In this document: positions 16,105-23,699 of the stretch, piece by piece | Layout: every line of letters begins with the position of its first letter | Numbering within the stretch: position 1 is the first letter of the stretch | Source: a virus | Length of the DNA: 55,208 nt | Reading direction: 5' to 3' (one strand) | Virus record (IMG/VR): IMGVR_UViG_3300012944_000007 | The notes under the pieces: model-generated | Database searches by the model: none | Seen by the model: the letters and a program-made list of their open reading frames with translations, nothing else | What the model was told of the DNA's origin: nothing | Translations under genes and position numbers: made by a program

Positions 16105-16378
16105 CGACCACTACCTCTTTGCCCGCCATGTCGAAGAATTGGCCAGCCTCGTCGACGACCAGCAGGAACGGAACACTCTGGGAATATTTGCCGATCACCA
16201 TGAGCACGCGGCCGACGTGGGGATAGCGCTCGAAGATCGCGAAGATGTGGTTGCGTATGGTAGCCTTCGGGCCGCTCGACGTGCTCATCGTCGGCTCCGC
16301 GATCTCGCCGCGCTCCCAGGACCGGATCAGGTTCACCGTGCCGGCGATTGCCGGGTTGTCCCGGTAGGCCACTCTCAT
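16097..16378 (-). CDS. Hypothetical protein (93 aa)
   Basis: ATG at 16378 forms ATGA with the upstream stop. Confidence 0.6.
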   Translation of the reverse strand: MRVAYRDNPAIAGTVNLIRSWERGEIAEPTMSTSSGPKATIRNHIFAIFERYPHVGRVLMVIGKYSQSVPFLLVVDEAGQFFDMAGKEVVVDG

Positions 16379-16608
16379 GAGGCCTCCGCTAGCTTCGCCA
16401 CGCAGCTCTTGCAGAGTTTGCCGCGATCCGGCTTGGACTCTTGGTATTCCGCCCGAGGATGGTTGAAGTCCAAATGTCCGCAGATGGCCCGGAAGCCGTC
16501 TACTGCGTGCCAGCGGTTTGCCCCGCCTGAATACTGAATCCGCGCCCAGCGCTGCGGAGACGAAAAACCCCCGCCGTTTCCAGCGGGGGTTGGGCCCGGG
16601 CCGGTCAC
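16375..16608 (-). CDS. Hypothetical protein (77 aa, C-terminal CKSC)
   Basis: GTG at 16608 forms GTGA with the upstream stop. Confidence 0.5.
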   Translation of the reverse strand: MTGPGPTPAGNGGGFSSPQRWARIQYSGGANRWHAVDGFRAICGHLDFNHPRAEYQESKPDRGKLCKSCVAKLAEAS

Positions 16609-16862
16609 GCAACCCGCCCCTTAGTGCTGGGGACAACCGCGGTTTCGCCTGGCGCGAACGGCGTGGGGTCGTATTCCATTGGCCAGGAGTGCAACGTGGT
16701 GGGCTTCGGCTCAAGGCGTGGATCCGTCCAGCCAACCTCTGGCGAAAAGCCGTGGCCGGAGAACGGATGGTGCGCCTGGACCTCTTCTGGTGCGTGGCGG
16801 CGTCCCGCTATGCAGGCTGCGCAGGCCGCGCAGAAAGTGGTGAGTGTGGGCTCGCGGGTCAT
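16605..16862 (-). CDS. Hypothetical protein (85 aa)
   Basis: ATG at 16862 forms ATGA with the integrase stop. Confidence 0.55.
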   Translation of the reverse strand: MTREPTLTTFCAACAACIAGRRHAPEEVQAHHPFSGHGFSPEVGWTDPRLEPKPTTLHSWPMEYDPTPFAPGETAVVPSTKGRVA

Positions 16863-18595
16863 GCGACCCGCCTCTTGATAACAAACGGAATCGAAGGGGT
16901 AAAATTGGAATCGCTGGGACCACAGCCATTCCAATTTTGCCCCCCGCTGACCGCGTCCTGCGGGATTGAGATCGCGCCCCTGATGACGACTTCCTCTCCG
17001 GTCATCTCGATCCGCTCCACGGTCGATTGCAGGAACTCCCGCTTTTCCTCGAAGGTCTGGACCTCTTCCAGATCGCCCAGCATTGCGCCGAACGCCGCCA
17101 CGATGGAAGCCTCAGAATACATCATGCTGACCGGGGCGTGGCGCAGTTCCCTCTCCAGGGCCTGGATCTGAATTTCCAGGGCCGCGAACTGCGTGTTGGC
17201 CTTGCCGTGCAGCTTCTTCATGGCCGGATTGAGAATGATCGTGCCGTAGTGCTCCTGCTGCTCCCGGAGAGCCTCCAGGGCGGCTTCGGAGTCGGCCCGC
17301 CGCTGGTGGGCATCCACCCCGTGCTCTGCCCGATAAGCCTGTATGGCGGCGGCGTGCGCTACCTCGGGCTGGCGCAGGTGTTCCTTCATGGCATCGATCA
17401 CGATCGCCTCCAGCTTTGCCGCGACCATCTCGCTCGCGTGACACTTCAGGCGGATGCCGCCGCCTTGGTAGTTGTGTTTGGAGCAATAGCCGATGCCATG
17501 CCGCGCCTCGCCATTGTTGCGGAAATACCAAACGCCGCCGCAGGGGCCGTTTCCATTAGGTACGGAGCAATAGACCAGTTTGCTGAGGGGGAAGTATTTG
17601 GTCGGCCGCCCCGCCCTCTTCGTCTTGTTCTGCGTCTGGATAGCCCGTGCCAGCCGGGCCGTTTCTGCGTCGATGATCACGGGAAGATCCAGCCGCGCTT
17701 CTGTCACTCCGGACAGATCGAGAGGCTGCGCATTTCCGCCCATCAGCTTCACGCGTTCTTCATGATCGCGCTTGGCGGCCTCGATGCCCAGCCTGACCAC
17801 ATAGACGCCCGCGTAGCGGTCGGCTTTGCGCAGCACCTGGGTCACCGATTCCCGCCACCAGGCCAAGCCCGCGCGAGTCAGGATCCCCTTGCGGTTGAGG
17901 CGCATCATGATCTCGTAGGCCGTCTGCCGTTCCTCCACGTACCAGCGGAAGATCAGGCGCACGATCTTGGCCTCTTGCTCGTTGATGATCGCCCTGCCGA
18001 TGACCGCGCCCGGATTCTTTTTCGCGACCGCTTCATCCACGTAGAGGTAACCGTAAGGCATCGCGTTGGGGTTGTGGAATAACTTGTCGCCGCACAGACG
18101 GCCCATGCGGCCATCCGCGGTGCGCTCCAAAATCAGCTTCCCTTCTAACTCCGCGAAACTCGCGTACACCTGATACATCAGGTCGCCGGTCGGCGTGGCG
18201 TCGAACGTCTGGGTGGCGAATTCCAGCCGCACGCCCATGCGCTTCATCCTGGAGCGAAGCAGGTAGGCGTCTCCCGCATTGCGCGCCACTCGATCCAACC
18301 GGAGGGCAATGAACCCGCCGATCCTGCCTGCCTTCGCTAACTCGCAGCCGCGCTGAAAGTCGGGCCGCTCGTCGGTCTTGCCGCTCTGCTTGTCGAATCC
18401 AACATACTCGCACTGCCGCACATCGCGCGGCCCAGCGATGCAGGTATCCAGTCCCGGCACGCGGACATGGGGCACATTGACCTGCAGCCAGTTCCGAATG
18501 GCCTCGATCTGTCTCGACGGCCCGTACTTGTCGCCTTGGTCTTTGGAGCTTACCCGGATATAGACGAACCAAGGGAGATCAGTCTTTCGCGTCAC
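16859..18595 (-). CDS. int: Large serine recombinase (phage integrase)
   Basis: N-terminal resolvase motif WFVYIRVSSKDQGDKYGPSRQ, followed by recombinase, zinc-ribbon (CS...C..HNY...C) and coiled-coil regions. 578 aa. Confidence 0.85.
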   Translation of the reverse strand: MTRKTDLPWFVYIRVSSKDQGDKYGPSRQIEAIRNWLQVNVPHVRVPGLDTCIAGPRDVRQCEYVGFDKQSGKTDERPDFQRGCELAKAGRIGGFIALRLDRVARNAGDAYLLRSRMKRMGVRLEFATQTFDATPTGDLMYQVYASFAELEGKLILERTADGRMGRLCGDKLFHNPNAMPYGYLYVDEAVAKKNPGAVIGRAIINEQEAKIVRLIFRWYVEERQTAYEIMMRLNRKGILTRAGLAWWRESVTQVLRKADRYAGVYVVRLGIEAAKRDHEERVKLMGGNAQPLDLSGVTEARLDLPVIIDAETARLARAIQTQNKTKRAGRPTKYFPLSKLVYCSVPNGNGPCGGVWYFRNNGEARHGIGYCSKHNYQGGGIRLKCHASEMVAAKLEAIVIDAMKEHLRQPEVAHAAAIQAYRAEHGVDAHQRRADSEAALEALREQQEHYGTIILNPAMKKLHGKANTQFAALEIQIQALERELRHAPVSMMYSEASIVAAFGAMLGDLEEVQTFEEKREFLQSTVERIEMTGEEVVIRGAISIPQDAVSGGQNWNGCGPSDSNFTPSIPFVIKRRVA

Positions 18596-18960
18596 GCTTT
18601 GCCTCCCTTGCGAGTCGCTTTGCCGCCAGCCTTTCGAGCAGCCGCAGCAGCCGCAGTGCCGACCGGCGCGACAGATCCAGATCGTGGCCGCTTACCACCC
18701 TTACTGTTGGGACCTTGGGGTTCTGCATTGGCTAACTTCTCCAAGGCCGCGACCATTGCCCACGCTCGTGGCAAAGCCTTCTGTGCCATGATCCGTTGGG
18801 CCTCGGCGGGATCCCCGGTGCCGGAATTTTCGAGGTGTATCTTGCCTTTCGGATCTCGGTACGTAATCCACCAGACGCGGCCCTTGATCCTGGCGCTGCC
18901 CATGCCCCACGGAAGCTGCGGGCGCTCCTGTTGTTCTGTACTAGGCTTTTGTGATTGCAT
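18592..18960 (-). CDS. Stand-alone arm-type (tyrosine-integrase N-terminal-like) DNA-binding domain protein with a Lys/Ala-rich tail
   Basis: GRVWWITYRDPKGKIHLENSGTGDPAEAQRIMAQK resembles the N-terminal KGKWW..Y...GK...S.GT.D...A domain of tyrosine integrases. Its stop overlaps the integrase GTG start. Confidence 0.5.
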   Translation of the reverse strand: MQSQKPSTEQQERPQLPWGMGSARIKGRVWWITYRDPKGKIHLENSGTGDPAEAQRIMAQKALPRAWAMVAALEKLANAEPQGPNSKGGKRPRSGSVAPVGTAAAAAARKAGGKATRKGGKA

Positions 18961-18990
18961 GGCTCATTTTGACATTTCCCATTGGAAACC

Positions 18991-19218
18991 CGCTGGTTCC
19001 TCCTGGCCTGCCGTGCCTCGCCGCGCCCAGCCCAGCCGCGCATTGCCGGAACTTGCAAACATCCCGTTCGTGCCATTGGCACCCTCGCCTCGCCGTACCC
19101 TGCCCTGCCCGGCCTTGCCTGACCGAGCCCGACCATGCCCCACCCCACCTGACCTGACCCAGCCTTGGCCTGCCTGACCGAGCCGAGCCTGACCCGACCT
19201 TGCCCTGCCCTCGCCGCA
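18991..19218 (-). repeat. Intergenic element copy E: about 27 phased CCNNN (+ strand) pentamers 19083-19218, box palindrome 19070-19082, extra short array about 18999-19038
   Basis: I parsed the pentamers by hand and they stay in phase. Confidence 0.85.
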
Positions 19219-19241
19219 AACCTTACGAAATGAATTCTCAT

Positions 19242-19329
19242 GTGCCATTGGCACCCTCGCCCTGCCATACCTCGCCTCGCCTCGCCACACCATGCCCACA
19301 CCCTGCCAGGCCTCGCCTCGCCGTACCGA
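19242..19329 (-). repeat. Intergenic element copy D: palindrome 19242-19254 plus about 15 pentamers
   Basis: gtgccattggcac is followed by cctcg ccctg ccata cctcg cctcg cctcg ccaca ccatg .... There is one 1-nt phase slip near 19300. Confidence 0.85.
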
Positions 19330-19343
19330 AATCACAATCCCGT

Positions 19344-19446
19344 GTGCCATTGGCACCCTTGCCTCGCCGTACCATACCCAACCTTGCCTAGCCGCACCCC
19401 GCCACGCCTAGCCCCACCGGGCCTTGCCGAGCCCGACCGGACCAAA
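19344..19446 (-). repeat. Intergenic element copy C: palindrome 19344-19356 plus 18 in-phase pentamers
   Basis: ccttg cctcg ccgta ccata cccaa ccttg cctag ccgca ccccg ccacg cctag cccca ccggg ccttg ccgag cccga ccgga ccaaa. Confidence 0.85.
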
Positions 19447-19451
19447 CTTCT

Positions 19452-19946
19452 TCAGGCCTCCCGAATCATTTTCGGTTTTGGCAGAGACTTTACCGGCGCC
19501 AGGTCTATCGCCAAATCTTTTCTGGCAGTGTTCAGCGCATCCCTGATCGCGTTGGCGACGCGCTCCTGGTGATCCAAACGCTGCTGCCCCGTGCTGTCCA
19601 ATCTCGTTCGGTCGACCCATACGAAGGTCTTCACCGCATTGCCGGTCTGCTTGATCTTCTGCCGGGTCCTGATCTCAGCGTGAGCTAGAATTTCCGCCGG
19701 GCCCAGAACCTTTACGCCCACCGACGTCTCCCAGGTCATGAAAATTCCGTTGGTGTTTTTCATGCTATTGATCCAGGAGTTGATGACTCCGTAGTAGCGC
19801 TGCCCGCCCCTCTTCGCCTTCACGATTTCTTCTAAGTCGGCATGTTCAATGACTCGCCCTTCGGCGAGCATCGGCACCGGGAAAGCATCCTTCAGGCGGT
19901 TCACGTCAACCGCGTAGGGAATGCCGCCGCGAAATCCATGACTCAT
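19452..19946 (-). CDS. Hypothetical protein (164 aa), visibly lower GC than its flanks
   Basis: ATG at 19946 preceded by AGGAGG. The box palindrome ends 18 nt upstream. Confidence 0.7.
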   Translation of the reverse strand: MSHGFRGGIPYAVDVNRLKDAFPVPMLAEGRVIEHADLEEIVKAKRGGQRYYGVINSWINSMKNTNGIFMTWETSVGVKVLGPAEILAHAEIRTRQKIKQTGNAVKTFVWVDRTRLDSTGQQRLDHQERVANAIRDALNTARKDLAIDLAPVKSLPKPKMIREA

Positions 19947-19964
19947 AACTTCCTCCTTTCATTT

Positions 19965-20062
19965 GTGCCATTGGCACCCTCGCCCTGCCCAACCATGCCG
20001 CACCGCGCCCGGCCTTGCCAGGCCAGGCCCAGCCCGACCCTACCGCGCCGAGCCATGCCTTA
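19965..20062 (-). repeat. Intergenic element copy A: palindrome 19965-19977 plus 17 in-phase pentamers, the last containing the stop codon of 20060..20728
   Basis: cctcg ccctg cccaa ccatg ccgca ccgcg cccgg ccttg ccagg ccagg cccag cccga cccta ccgcg ccgag ccatg cctta. Confidence 0.9.
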
Positions 20063-20728
20063 ACTCACAATCTTCGCCTTGAACGTCCCGAACGGTCCCG
20101 GAGTCTTAGCGCTCGGCCTCCAATCTCCAAGACCCTTCAACCTTCCCGAGATGTCGAGAATACTAGCGACCACATCATTGGTGATCTGATCGTCGATGAT
20201 CATCAGTTCACCTCTCGTACTCCAATCGTCAAAACGCGGCCGGACTCGGATATGTTTGTTATTGCCGACTCTTGCGCGTTTGACAAAGAGAGAGAAGCCC
20301 AGCGCCTTAGCGCCCTCGACCTGGTCCGGGAAACGGGGGACCTTCAATAATTGATTGATATCCTCCATTCGCACCGGCTTCTTTTCCCCATTGATTAGCA
20401 AAGGCCAGTGAAATTTTTCGCATAGAATGCCGCTCTGGCTCAGTTCCTTAAAGGTCTTCCGGCCCTTGCCGGTCGGTACTTCCGCTGCGCCTCCCATGAG
20501 GCACCGCATGATGTATTCGGATGGAACGGTCACGACGCCGGTCTTCGGATCATCGTAGTTTAGGCACCCGAGCCACCTCCAGGCGGGAGTTCTATCGTCT
20601 CCTGGCTTTGACTTACTCTTGTTCTTGGGATCGTTCTTCCAGTCTTCCATCTTGTCTGCCCAGTCGATGTTATCCGCGTGCATTAAGAGCGGCATTTCGC
20701 TGGTAAGTTCCACTTCAATGGTTCTCAT
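20060..20728 (-). CDS. Hypothetical protein (222 aa), the lowest-GC gene in the early arm by eye
   Basis: ATG at 20728. It is flanked on both sides by the intergenic element. I recognise no family. Confidence 0.7.
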   Translation of the reverse strand: MRTIEVELTSEMPLLMHADNIDWADKMEDWKNDPKNKSKSKPGDDRTPAWRWLGCLNYDDPKTGVVTVPSEYIMRCLMGGAAEVPTGKGRKTFKELSQSGILCEKFHWPLLINGEKKPVRMEDINQLLKVPRFPDQVEGAKALGFSLFVKRARVGNNKHIRVRPRFDDWSTRGELMIIDDQITNDVVASILDISGRLKGLGDWRPSAKTPGPFGTFKAKIVS

Positions 20729-20759
20729 AGTTGTTGTTTCTGCCCTTCTTAGTTGATTT

Positions 20760-20917
20760 GTGCCATTGGCACCCTCGCCTCGCCGTACCCTGCCCTGCCC
20801 TGCCCTGCCCTGCCCGGCCGTGCCGTGCCCAGCCGTGCCACACCCTGCCCCGGCAAATTAAAAACCTTCTTTTCAAAAAACCCTGCCGAGCCCTGCCTCC
20901 GCCTGACCTCGCCGCGC
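20760..20917 (-). repeat. Intergenic element copy B: palindrome 20760-20772, 16 in-phase pentamers 20773-20852, an AT-rich 27-mer, and an array remnant 20881-20917
   Basis: cctcg cctcg ccgta ccctg x5 cccgg ccgtg ccgtg cccag ccgtg ccaca ccctg ccccg. The sense strand carries GGGCAGGGCAGGGCAGGGCAGGG. Confidence 0.9.
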
Positions 20918-20939
20918 TGGTGTCATCGCCATCGCGGTT

Positions 20940-21668
20940 TTATAACCCCGACTCCGGCGCCCACGCCGGATGTTGATTGCTATTGCGCCAAAAAAACTTT
21001 TCATCGGCCCTCATGAGCAAGAGGTGACTCAGCACATCGTCGGTCGGCACCAGGGCGCCGGCCCACGAATCGCGGTAGTAACCGATGGGGTGAGCGCAGA
21101 GCGTGCAGAGGATCCGCATCCCGACATCGCGGCGGTTCTTGTCGGGCTTGCCAGTCAAGGCAATCGTAGGCCGCAACCGCCGGAACAGGTACACCACCCC
21201 CGAGCGCTTCGAGGTTTCAAGGAACGAGCCGGTCATCACGTAGCACTGAAACGCCCACTCGGTAACGTGCCGCTTGAGTGTCTCCATCGCGCGAAGCTCG
21301 GCCTCGAAATCCCACGCCCGCGCGGCGCTCACCGTTTGCAGCAGCATCGGCCCGCTGTTCTGCACCGGCGAGTAGAGAAAGAAAAACTTCCCGCGCTCCT
21401 GGACGATCAGGATCTCCTTACCGTCGCGGTAGGAGTTCCAGCGGTTCCGTAGGCGCGTCTCTTCGCACACGTCCGAATCGCGGCACATGCGCAGGGACGG
21501 TTTCGGCAGAAAGGTCTTGCTGAGGTTCTCCGCGAACGGATAGCTCGGATGGATCTGCATCGACATGCCCTCGACCGGCATCGGGAAGCCGGCCCACTCG
21601 TGCTGCTTCTCGGCCATCCGCGCCATCCCCTTGCGAACGTCCGCCCAAGACGGTGTAGGCCTAGCCAC
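20940..21668 (-). CDS. Hypothetical protein (242 aa)
   Basis: GTG at 21668 (8-nt overlap), or ATG at 21626. Confidence 0.65.
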   Translation of the reverse strand: MARPTPSWADVRKGMARMAEKQHEWAGFPMPVEGMSMQIHPSYPFAENLSKTFLPKPSLRMCRDSDVCEETRLRNRWNSYRDGKEILIVQERGKFFFLYSPVQNSGPMLLQTVSAARAWDFEAELRAMETLKRHVTEWAFQCYVMTGSFLETSKRSGVVYLFRRLRPTIALTGKPDKNRRDVGMRILCTLCAHPIGYYRDSWAGALVPTDDVLSHLLLMRADEKFFWRNSNQHPAWAPESGL

Positions 21669-22248
21669 CGCTTGACCTCCCCACTGCCGTGGCCTTCGCG
21701 CCTTCCATCGGCACCCGGCGATAGCCGCGCTTCTGGCCCTTACACGAGCCGCGATGGTGCAGCGGTCGCCCGCAGGCGCACAAAGGAATATCCTTCACCG
21801 TGATCCCAAGGTCGCTGCTACTGCCCGGGGGCTGAAGTCCGGTTGGTGCTTCCCCATGCCGTTGGGCCGTCTCCAGCCGGCGGGCTGTAGCAGCGTCTTC
21901 TAGATCGGCTTGCCGCGCGTCCAGCGGATCGAAGTCGGCAATCAGATACTCGCCGGTCTTTTCATCGAAGGCCTGCACGCGCTCGTATTTCCGCTCGCCG
22001 TCACGCTCGATCTCGACTAGCAGTGCGAAGCCACGGCGCAGCATGTCGGTGACAATGCGGCGCGCACGAATCGTATCGGATACGTCGCCGGTGTTGAATG
22101 TGATCTTCACGTCCCCCGCTCCCACGTTCAAGATTTCCAGCACGCCATCGCCAGTCGCGACCGGCTTCGAGCAAGCGGCACACGTCAGTTTGTTGCCACT
22201 GATCGTGCGGCCGCAGGCGCATTTACGAGTTGTGGATGCCGTGGTCAT
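21661..22248 (-). CDS. Hypothetical protein with N- and C-terminal Cys clusters
   Basis: ATG at 22248 forms ATGA with the upstream stop. Cys clusters are CACG...CAAC and CACG...C. Confidence 0.65.
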   Translation of the reverse strand: MTTASTTRKCACGRTISGNKLTCAACSKPVATGDGVLEILNVGAGDVKITFNTGDVSDTIRARRIVTDMLRRGFALLVEIERDGERKYERVQAFDEKTGEYLIADFDPLDARQADLEDAATARRLETAQRHGEAPTGLQPPGSSSDLGITVKDIPLCACGRPLHHRGSCKGQKRGYRRVPMEGAKATAVGRSSGG

Positions 22249-22448
22249 TTTAATGCCGCCGCCTTCGCCTGGCCCGATGCTTTGCTGTCCTGATAGCTCT
22301 GGAGGACGGCGGAAAGGTCGCTCATCAGCTGCCGCTCAGCCGGCTCCAGAGTGAAGAGGTTTCCGAGGAACGACACCGTGATGGACGCGCCCCCGGAAAG
22401 ATCAATCTTCGTCGTCGAATCCTCGCCCCACTGTCGTTTGCGACTCAT
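22245..22448 (-). CDS. Hypothetical protein (67 aa)
   Basis: ATG at 22448, with AAAGGAG 13 nt upstream. It overlaps the upstream gene by 47 nt. Confidence 0.5.
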   Translation of the reverse strand: MSRKRQWGEDSTTKIDLSGGASITVSFLGNLFTLEPAERQLMSDLSAVLQSYQDSKASGQAKAAALK

Positions 22449-22617
22449 AAATCTCTCTCAACTCCTTTGAGGTAAACCGCGACCCACAGACAGCGCACTC
22501 CCACCATTCCTGCCAGCAGGCCTCGTAGGGTGGCGCATCGAGGCCGTGCGTCTCGACCCAGCTATGCTCCCGATATTGCAGGTATTGCAGACAGTCGTGC
22601 TCTGGCTCCGGGGTCAT
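22402..22617 (-). CDS. Hypothetical Trp/Cys-containing small protein (71 aa)
   Basis: ATG at 22617, 4 nt after the RecT-like stop. Confidence 0.55.
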   Translation of the reverse strand: MTPEPEHDCLQYLQYREHSWVETHGLDAPPYEACWQEWWECAVCGSRFTSKELREIYESQTTVGRGFDDED

Positions 22618-22621
22618 GGCA

Positions 22622-23545
22622 CTACTCGGGAAACATGGCGTTCTGCGTGCCTACGTCCGGCCCGACTTCGTTGGCCTTCACTCTCTCCGCCAAGGTTTTC
22701 CGCTCGGCCGGTAGCACTTCCGGCGGTTGCAATTCGCGCGGCAGCTGGTCGGGCGGCAGATCGGCGGGCATCATCTCCAGCGCCTCTTCACGCAGCATGC
22801 CGCCGCGCAGGACGTGCGGCGCGTAGTATTTGCGCACCCGGCTGATGCACCTCCAATAGAACATGTCCCCTGGATAACTGCGGTAGTTGAACTTCTCGGA
22901 GAGCGGCTTTTCCTGACCCTTTTCCCAGTACTTCGCGTTCTCCGCGTCGGCCAGGGTGAACGACACCGCCACCTGTTCGCCCTTGCGATCTTTGATTGGC
23001 TGGTAGCGCTGCTCGATCTTGTTCCACTCCTTCAGCCACAAGGTGCATCCTACGCATTTGCGCCACGCGCGCCCGGTCTTAGTTGCGGGCACTTCCTCAT
23101 AGGCGAACTCGGGGTCCCAAGCGATTCCCGCCTGTTGCAACTTACTCGCTACGATATCTTGCTCCAGCGCGGGCTTGCCGTTCACGAAATAAATATTCCG
23201 CATGGAGTCAGCGCAGTTGAATCCCCACGAGCGGCCCAGGTTGATTTTCACCATCGCCGTGGCGACGGCCTGCTCGGTGCTCACTCCTTTGAGATCGTCG
23301 AACTGCCCGCACAGGGCGAACTCCCTCGCCATCGCACGGTCTTGCGCGTAGTTCTGCCGCGCGACCTCGGCGTCGACCAGCGAGTTGATCCAATTGGTGC
23401 GCCGTTCGCTGTCGGGCAACGTGGCCAACTGCTCGACTGTTACCCGAGAGCGCGCCTCGGTGGGTATAGCTCCCGGCGCCGGCGGCGGCGCGGTTGGCGG
23501 GGTCACCGCTACGTCAACGGTTGTGTTGCTTGGTGTCGGTTGCAT
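22622..23545 (-). CDS. RecT-family-like single-strand annealing protein (putative)
   Basis: Partnered with the YqaJ exonuclease two genes upstream. The central ...ATAMVKINLGRSWGFNCADSMRNIYFVNGKPALEQDIVASKLQQAG... resembles RecT cores. This is from memory only. Confidence 0.5.
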   Translation of the reverse strand: MQPTPSNTTVDVAVTPPTAPPPAPGAIPTEARSRVTVEQLATLPDSERRTNWINSLVDAEVARQNYAQDRAMAREFALCGQFDDLKGVSTEQAVATAMVKINLGRSWGFNCADSMRNIYFVNGKPALEQDIVASKLQQAGIAWDPEFAYEEVPATKTGRAWRKCVGCTLWLKEWNKIEQRYQPIKDRKGEQVAVSFTLADAENAKYWEKGQEKPLSEKFNYRSYPGDMFYWRCISRVRKYYAPHVLRGGMLREEALEMMPADLPPDQLPRELQPPEVLPAERKTLAERVKANEVGPDVGTQNAMFPE

Positions 23546-23699
23546 CGCTTGTTTTCTCCTTCTGTCGGTTCTGTTCCCAGTCCTCGATGGCCTCCTGAAT
23601 CACCCCGGCCAGCTCCACCACGAGGGCTTCATCGCGCGCGGGTTGGCCCAGGAAATAGCGGGCGAGGGCTTCACATTGAGGGTCGTATTCTCGTCGCAT
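23514..23699 (-). CDS. Hypothetical small protein (61 aa)
   Basis: The internal ATG at 23699 is preceded by GAGGAAG. It overlaps both neighbours by about 30 nt. Confidence 0.45.
   Translation of the reverse strand: MRREYDPQCEALARYFLGQPARDEALVVELAGVIQEAIEDWEQNRQKEKTSDATDTKQHNR

Noticed and set aside
19070-19082. TGGCAC in the box palindrome looks like the -24 element of a sigma54 promoter.
   Set aside because: No TTGC(A/T) -12 element follows at the required 5-nt spacing in any of the six copies. The palindromic symmetry argues for a dimer-binding site instead.
18964-19356. The 130-aa minus-strand ORF, and several other ORF-track calls (18467..19177, 18732..19301, 19240..19572, 20731..21016), run through the arrays.
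   Set aside because: The 5-nt periodicity is incompatible with codon structure. The translations are Gly/Arg or Pro/Ala low complexity in every frame, and ORFs are open on both strands simply because stop codons are rare.
18961-19451. A possible CRISPR-like array: a conserved ~21-bp box repeated three times, with palindromes 102 and 172 bp apart.
   Set aside because: The intervening sequences are themselves the same degenerate pentamer array, not unique spacers. The spacing is irregular. The 6-bp arms with a 1-nt centre cannot form a repeat hairpin. There are no cas genes.
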